Below, in pieces: positions 6,337 to 11,032 of a stretch of 11,032 nucleotides of DNA. Positions within the stretch are counted from its first letter, which is position 1, and each line of letters begins with the position of its first letter. The stretch is taken from the NCBI GenBank assembly GCA_037133055.1, contig JBAXOY010000098.1, positions 1 to 11,032 of the forward strand. The letters are read 5' to 3'. The stretch is from Chlamydiota bacterium. Lineage in GTDB: Bacteria; Auribacterota; Tritonobacteria; UBA1439. The notes beneath the pieces were generated by a model that saw only the letters and a program-made list of their open reading frames with translations, was not told the DNA's origin and did not search any database. The position numbers were made by a program, and so were the translations under genes.

Positions 6337-8628
6337 GTGTCCGTGTTCCTGAAGCGCGCCGCCGTCTTTCTCCTGGGCTTCTGCGCGGTCGTGGCTCAGG
6401 TGACCTTCTTCCGCGAGTTCCTGGTCGTGTTCCTCGGGAACGAGCTCTGCGCGGGGGTCGTATTCTGTTCGTGGTTTCTCGGCGTCGGCCTCGGCGCGGC
6501 GGCGAGCGCCCGGCCGGCAAGAAACGCGGCCTCCGGCGAAGGGCATTTCATCCTCCTCGGCGCGGTCCTCGCGAGCATCGCCCCCGCGCTCCTCGTCCTC
6601 ACCCGCCTCGCGCGGGGCATCCTCGGCGTCCCCCCGGGCGCCTACATCCCCTTCGCGACGCTCCTCGCCGCGAGCGCCGCGCTGATCGTCCCGTTCAGCT
6701 TCCTCGTGGGATTCGTCTTCCCCTTCGCCTGTCTCCTCCCGCTCGGCGGAAGAAGGGGGGTGGAGAACGTCGGGCGCGCTTACGTGATCGAGTCGCTCGG
6801 CAGCATCGCGGGCGGCGCGGCGTTCAGCTTCGCGCTGGTGGGGCGCGTGCCCGCCGTCCATATTCTCTCCGGGTGCGCGGCGGCGATGTGCCTCGCCCTC
6901 TTTCTCCTCTCACTGGAGCGCGGGCGTTCGAGGGCGGCCGCGTGTGCGGTCGGGGTGTGCGCCGCGGCGTGGGGCGGCGCGCTCCTCTCCGGCGCGGCGG
7001 GGCGGATGGAATCGTGGAGCGTCGCCCGCCGATGGAAGGGCTTGAACCCCGGGATCCACCTCATCGCCTCAGTGGATTCCCGCTACGAGAACATCGCGCT
7101 GGGGAGACGCGCCGGGCAGTACGACGTTTTCGGGAGCGGGCAGTACTACTTCTCCTTCCCCGACCCGTACGGGTCCTCGGCGGCGGCGCACATGATCATG
7201 ACCGAGCACCCTTCCCCGAAGCGCGTGCTCCTCGTCGGGGGCGGGGTGGGGGGGATGCTCCCCGAGATCCTGGCGCACCGGCCCTCGCGCGTCACGTACG
7301 TGGAACTTGACCCCGCCCTGATCGGCGTCACGGAACCGTATCTCGACCCCCGGACGGCTCGCGCCCTTCGAGACCCGGCAGTCCGCCTCTGGTTCGGCGA
7401 CGGCAGGCGTTACGTCAAGCGAACGGGCGAGCGGTTCGACCTGGTCATCGTGAATGTGCCCGACCCGTCCACCGCAATGCTGAACCGATTCTACACCCGC
7501 GAGTTCTACGAGGAGGTGAAGGCGATCCTCGCGCCGGGGGGAGCGCTGGCCGCGCGGCTGAGCGCCCCCGCGGACTACTACGGCGGGGATGTCGGCGGCT
7601 ACGCGGGCTCCGTGTACGCCACGATGCGGGCCGTGTTCCCGCACCTGATCGTCGCCCCCGGGGAGGAAAATTACTTTTTCGCCTCCGTTGACCCCGGTGT
7701 GATCACCGCGGACATCGACACGCTCCAGCGCCGCTGGGAGAGCCGCGGCGTCGCGACGGAGTTTTTCACGCCCCAGCACTTCATCGCCTGGTGGCTCCCC
7801 GAGCGGGTGGAGTTCACGAGAAAGGCGCTCGATGCCCGGGCGGGGATGCGCCTCAACACAGACCTCCGGCCCGTGACCTACTACTACAACCTTGTGCTCT
7901 GGGCGCGTTTCTCCGGCTCCTCGATCGCCTCGGCGCTGAAGGCGATCGAGAAGGCCCGGCTCGCCTGGTACATCGTCCCGGTGCTCGCGGTGTGGGCGCT
8001 CCGTATCATCTGGCTCGGCGTTTCCGGGAGGAGGGGCCCGCGTCAGGACGCCTTCCACGCGCTCGCCTCGATAGGCGCGGTCGGGTTCACCGCCATGGCG
8101 CTCGAGATCGTGCTCATCTTCGCGTTCCAGAACGTCTACGGATACGTGTACCGGATGATCGGCCTGATCGTCGCCCTGTTCATGGCAGGGCTCGCGTGCG
8201 GCGGGTTCGGCGCCACGCGGATCGCGGAACGCGCGGGAGCAGGGTGCGTTCTTGTGCTCGCGGGTGTGATGGGGGCGCTCACCGTGCACGCTGCGGCGGT
8301 GCCGTGGATCGTGCGCGCCGTCACGCCGCTTCCCGCCCATTCCGAATACGCGTTCCTTGCGCTCGTCTGGCTCACGGGAGTCCTGACCGGCGCGGCCTTC
8401 CCCCTCGCGGCGAAGGTCTATCTTCGCCGCCCCGCAAAGGCCAGCGGTGCGGCGGCCCGCGTCAACGGCTTTGACAACCTCGGGGCGTGCGCAGGCGCGC
8501 TCCTCTCCGGCGTCGTGTTCGTCCCGCTGCTCGGGCTCGTCTCGACCTGCGTCATCCTCTGCGTCCTCGACGTTTCGTGCGCGACCCTCCTTCTCGCGGG
8601 GCGCTTTCGCGGCGCCGCGAGCCGCTGA
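6337..8628 (+). CDS. Fused multi-TM membrane domain / spermidine synthase-like (class I SAM-binding fold) protein
   Basis: GTG at 6337 with GGAGG 10 nt upstream. About 7 N-terminal and 6-7 C-terminal TM helices (FREFLVVFLGNEL, AYVIESLGSIAGG, LEIVLIFAFQNVYGYVY). Central domain has DSRYENI, PKRVLLVGGG, VELDP, GDGRRYV, FDLVIV, NRFYTREFY and NTDLRP. Confidence 0.88.
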   Translation: MSVFLKRAAVFLLGFCAVVAQVTFFREFLVVFLGNELCAGVVFCSWFLGVGLGAAASARPARNAASGEGHFILLGAVLASIAPALLVLTRLARGILGVPPGAYIPFATLLAASAALIVPFSFLVGFVFPFACLLPLGGRRGVENVGRAYVIESLGSIAGGAAFSFALVGRVPAVHILSGCAAAMCLALFLLSLERGRSRAAACAVGVCAAAWGGALLSGAAGRMESWSVARRWKGLNPGIHLIASVDSRYENIALGRRAGQYDVFGSGQYYFSFPDPYGSSAAAHMIMTEHPSPKRVLLVGGGVGGMLPEILAHRPSRVTYVELDPALIGVTEPYLDPRTARALRDPAVRLWFGDGRRYVKRTGERFDLVIVNVPDPSTAMLNRFYTREFYEEVKAILAPGGALAARLSAPADYYGGDVGGYAGSVYATMRAVFPHLIVAPGEENYFFASVDPGVITADIDTLQRRWESRGVATEFFTPQHFIAWWLPERVEFTRKALDARAGMRLNTDLRPVTYYYNLVLWARFSGSSIASALKAIEKARLAWYIVPVLAVWALRIIWLGVSGRRGPRQDAFHALASIGAVGFTAMALEIVLIFAFQNVYGYVYRMIGLIVALFMAGLACGGFGATRIAERAGAGCVLVLAGVMGALTVHAAAVPWIVRAVTPLPAHSEYAFLALVWLTGVLTGAAFPLAAKVYLRRPAKASGAAARVNGFDNLGACAGALLSGVVFVPLLGLVSTCVILCVLDVSCATLLLAGRFRGAASR

Positions 8629-8742
8629 ATCCCGGATTCCACGACCGCCGGCAAAGACGGATTGACCGGGATCTGGAGGGCGGGCGGCCTCGACCGCCGG
8701 GATACGGCGACGGGTTGACAAAAATGACAAAAATGAAGGCCC

Positions 8743-8771
8743 TTGGCTACGCCCCATGCACATGCTACTAT
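8743..8771 (+). promoter_or_regulatory. Putative sigma70 promoter (extended -10) for the hicB-like gene
   Basis: TTGGCT (8743-8748), 17 bp spacer, TACTAT (8766-8771), with TG at 8763-8764. Lies 29 nt upstream of ATG 8801. Confidence 0.5.
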
Positions 8772-8800
8772 TAGGATTGAATGCTAAGTAGGTCGCGCAG

Positions 8801-9025
8801 ATGAAATCACTCAAGATCGTGGTCGAAAAACACCCTGACACCTATGTGGCCTACCCACTCGGAGTCAAGGGAGTTGTTGTTGGCCAAGGGGATACCTACG
8901 AGGCCGCAGTAGCAGACCTCAAGTCGGCTCTCCAATTCTATGTGGAGACCTTTGGCGTAGACACACTTGAGGTTGATCCGCCGATTCTTGAAGCATTCAT
9001 TGCAGAGGCGGGAGTGTCGGCCTGA
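8801..9025 (+). CDS. hicB: Short HicB-family type II antitoxin (no DNA-binding domain)
   Basis: 74 aa with the pattern KIVVEK..D.YVAY.LG.KGVVVGQGDTYEAAVADLKSALQFYVE, matching the HicB partial RNase H fold (x-G-x-T-x-E-x-A). Acidic tail. About 53% GC by manual count, versus roughly 65-75% in sampled flanks. Confidence 0.8.
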   Translation: MKSLKIVVEKHPDTYVAYPLGVKGVVVGQGDTYEAAVADLKSALQFYVETFGVDTLEVDPPILEAFIAEAGVSA

Positions 9026-9054
9026 TGCCCAAGTTCCCCGTTGATGCGCCGAAT
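9025..9054 (+). pseudogene. Probable 5' remnant of a HicA-family toxin gene
   Basis: TGATG coupling to the hicB stop. MPKFPVDAP matches my recollection of the N-terminus of HicA toxins paired with this HicB subtype. No remaining toxin body is visible. Confidence 0.55.
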
Positions 9055-10449
9055 CGGGTAACAAAGCGGGTGTCCGACGACCTTCGCCGGATCGTCGACG
9101 AGGGGCTCTGCCATCGCTGCGGATCCTGCTCCGGAATCTGCCCCACCGGAGTCATCGCGCCCGGCGCGGACTATTATCCCGAATGGGATCCCTGTGATCC
9201 CCGCTGCACGGGCTGCGGGCTCTGCGTTCGTGTCTGTCCCGGGGCCTCGTTCTCCTTCCCGGAGCATTCCAGGACCCTCTTCGGCGCGGAGCCGGATCTT
9301 CGAGACGCGCACGGCAGTTTCATCAAAGCGTTCCTCTCCTATTCCCTCGACCCATCCGTCAGGGGGAACTCGACCTCGGGAGGTGTCGCGACCGCGCTCG
9401 CCCTTCACCTTCTTGGCAAAGGCAGGGTCCGCGGCACGTTCGCGGCGGTTCCCGACGCGGAGCATCCGTGGAAACCGCACGCCACTGTCGCCCGCACGCG
9501 CGATGAAATCCTGAAAGGGGCGTACTCGAAGTATCCCGCCTGCTCGATGAACCACCTGTTCCATGAACTTCGGAGCGACCGCGGTCCCTTCGCCCATGTC
9601 GGCCTCCCATGCCACGTGCACGGATTGAGGGCGATGGCCGCCCTCGACCGGTCTATCGCCGAGAAGGTCGCGGTTTCCATCGGCCTCGTCTGCCACTCGT
9701 GCCTCGACCACGCGGCCCTCCGCGACATGATCCGCTGCTACGGGATCGACGAGCGGTCCCTCGCCTCGGTCCGCTACCGGGAGGGGAAACTGCCCGGATA
9801 TATCTGCGCCGTCACGAAATCGGGGGAGCGGGCGTATCTCCCGTACCCGCGCCTCGGCCCGGACCGCTACCGTCCCAACGCCAAGGAGTGCCTCACCCTT
9901 TTCTTCAAGCTGTATTCGCCTCCGCGCTGCCGCCTCTGCATCGACGCGATGGCCGAGTTCGCCGACATCTCGCTCGGCGACCCCTGGTACAAGGGCTGGG
10001 AGGCTGAGGGGAAACTGCGCGAGGGGTATACCCTCGTGGTCGCGAGGACAGAGCGCGGGCTCGATGTCATCGAGGACGCCCGGCGGGGTGGCGCGATCGC
10101 GCTCGATCCGTTCCCCGAGGAGAAGCTTCCCCTCATCCAGCACGCGATGGTACGCGCGAAGCGGCGGCGGGGGTTCTATTTCGCGGAGAAGCGGCGGAGG
10201 GAAGGGCGGCCCGCTCCGGAGTACGGGTTCACACTGCCGTTCACCCGCGGCGAGCGGTTCCGCACGATGCTCCACGCCTTGACCTACGCCGCCGCGGACA
10301 GGCCCCGCCTGCGCCGGGCGATCTACCGATTTCTCCTCTCCCGTGCCGGGCGTCCGTTCGCGGGGGCTCTTTTCTTCCGCCGCCACGTCCTCCAGCCCCT
10401 GATCGAGACGACGCGAAGCAAACGCGGAAGGGTACGGGGTAACTATTAG
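9025..10449 (+). CDS. Coenzyme F420 hydrogenase/dehydrogenase beta subunit (FrhB/FdhB)-like Fe-S flavoprotein with N-terminal 2x[4Fe-4S] domain; alternative start GTG 9070
   Basis: CHRCGSCSGICP and CTGCGLCVRVCP ferredoxin motifs. STSGGVATAL, YSKY, VGLPCHVHGL, IGLVC, and PPRCRLCID..AEFADISLGDPW. Confidence 0.9.
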   Translation: MPKFPVDAPNRVTKRVSDDLRRIVDEGLCHRCGSCSGICPTGVIAPGADYYPEWDPCDPRCTGCGLCVRVCPGASFSFPEHSRTLFGAEPDLRDAHGSFIKAFLSYSLDPSVRGNSTSGGVATALALHLLGKGRVRGTFAAVPDAEHPWKPHATVARTRDEILKGAYSKYPACSMNHLFHELRSDRGPFAHVGLPCHVHGLRAMAALDRSIAEKVAVSIGLVCHSCLDHAALRDMIRCYGIDERSLASVRYREGKLPGYICAVTKSGERAYLPYPRLGPDRYRPNAKECLTLFFKLYSPPRCRLCIDAMAEFADISLGDPWYKGWEAEGKLREGYTLVVARTERGLDVIEDARRGGAIALDPFPEEKLPLIQHAMVRAKRRRGFYFAEKRRREGRPAPEYGFTLPFTRGERFRTMLHALTYAAADRPRLRRAIYRFLLSRAGRPFAGALFFRRHVLQPLIETTRSKRGRVRGNY

Positions 10450-10497
10450 GGGGCTCATACCCTTTTTTCCCCCTGAGGAGGAGATTACCCAGTATTC

Positions 10498-10535
10498 CCC
10501 TCCCCCCTTGAGGGGGAGGGATAGGGTGGGGGGTG
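10498..10535. repeat. GC-rich REP-like palindrome with G-rich tail
   Basis: CCCTCCCCC-cttga-GGGGGAGGG perfect 9-bp stem (10498-10520) followed by ATAGGGTGGGGGGTG. Confidence 0.7.
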
Positions 10536-10621
10536 AAAATACCCACCGTAAGTGACCCAGCGTGCAGAATGGACGGGGCGCGGGACGGGGCGCGGGGCGC
10601 TTCCTGACGTGCGCCGTGCTG

Positions 10622-10630
10622 TGATACCAT
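10622..10630 (+). promoter_or_regulatory. Possible extended -10 promoter for tRNA-Val
   Basis: TGaTACCAT ends 10 nt upstream of the tRNA. No good -35 at 17 bp. Confidence 0.4.
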
Positions 10631-10640
10631 TGCATGTCGC

Positions 10641-10717
10641 GGGCGGTTAGCTCAGTTGGCTAGAGCGCTACCCTTACAAGGTAGAAGTCACTGGTTCGAG
10701 TCCAGTACCGCCCACCA
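10641..10717 (+). tRNA. tRNA-Val (anticodon TAC)
   Basis: Acceptor stem GGGCGGT/ACCGCCC, D arm GCTC..GAGC, anticodon stem CTACC/GGTAG with loop CTTACAA (TAC at 10675-10677), T loop GTTCGAGT, discriminator A and encoded CCA. 77 nt. Confidence 0.98.
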
Positions 10718-10815
10718 TCAAAAAGGAGGAAGCCATTGCGCCCGTTAGATTTAGCGAAAATGTCCGTCGCGGAACCGAACCCTAAAAAGTCCGGCGAAAT
10801 TTTGGACCGGTTCGT

Positions 10816-11032
10816 ATGGTCTCTAATCCACACAAAAGAGGGACGGAAGCTCCGCGCGAGGATGGCGCCCATACTGAGAAAAGGGCTTGGGGCGGGGCTT
10901 TAAGGAGACCGGGCCGTCCCCGGGGCCAGAGCGACTTCCTCGAGCCCGCTGAGCTCAACCGAATTGTGGGTCTCCCGGACCGACGGACGAAGGAAGGGCT
11001 ACGGGATTACGCGGTACTTGTACTGCTGGCAA
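10816..11032 (+). CDS. Tyrosine recombinase/integrase, 3' partial (not in ORF track)
   Basis: Manual translation from ATG 10816: MVSNPHKRGTEAPREDGAHTEKRAWGGALRRPGRPRGQSDFLEPAELNRIVGLPDRRTKEGLRDYAVLVLLA... The last 33 aa match the Xer-type catalytic domain entry (L..E...L...PD..T..GLRD.A.L.LL) just before box I. Immediately downstream of a tRNA. Confidence 0.75.
   Translation, partial: MVSNPHKRGTEAPREDGAHTEKRAWGGALRRPGRPRGQSDFLEPAELNRIVGLPDRRTKEGLRDYAVLVLLA

Noticed and set aside
5612..6352. ORFs 5856-6059, 6056-6352, 5612-6085 and the extension of 5408-5911
   Set aside because: They are translations of the repeats (RRGLTRI, TQMNAD, IRVHPRRSAS) with no recognisable domain.
8629..8672. ATCCCGG/CCGGGAT inverted repeat after the spermidine-synthase-like gene as a terminator
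   Set aside because: 30-nt loop and no U-tract.
8715..8720. Perfect TTGACA as -35 element
   Set aside because: No -10 at 16-18 bp (GGCCCT region); it is part of a 9-bp tandem repeat.
7069..10635. Long minus-strand ORFs 7069-8841 and 8938-10635, and other alternative-frame ORFs such as 1225-2532 and 6219-7310
   Set aside because: They overlap well-supported genes, are R/G/P-rich and are expected in high-GC DNA.
10660..10872. Minus-strand 70-aa ORF as an integrase C-terminus reading into the tRNA
   Set aside because: Closed upstream by a stop at 10900-10902; GGRYWTRTSD is simply antisense tRNA.

Overview
High-GC bacterial chromosomal window with all credible genes on the + strand. It holds the distal part of a Bat (MoxR-associated) operon: 5'-truncated batA (vWA), batB (vWA), batC (TPR plus Q/K/E-rich linker), batD, and batE (TPR plus SH3). 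A ~0.5 kb intergenic cluster of nested direct and inverted short-period repeats follows, then a membrane-fused spermidine-synthase-like protein with non-canonical active-site motifs. Next come a lower-GC HicB-family gene and an FrhB-like Fe-S flavoprotein whose reading frame appears to begin with ~10 codons of a truncated HicA toxin. The window ends with a REP-like palindrome, tRNA-Val(TAC), and a tyrosine recombinase ORF missed by the ORF track, running off the edge and probably marking an integrated element. All family assignments come from motif recognition, not database searches.
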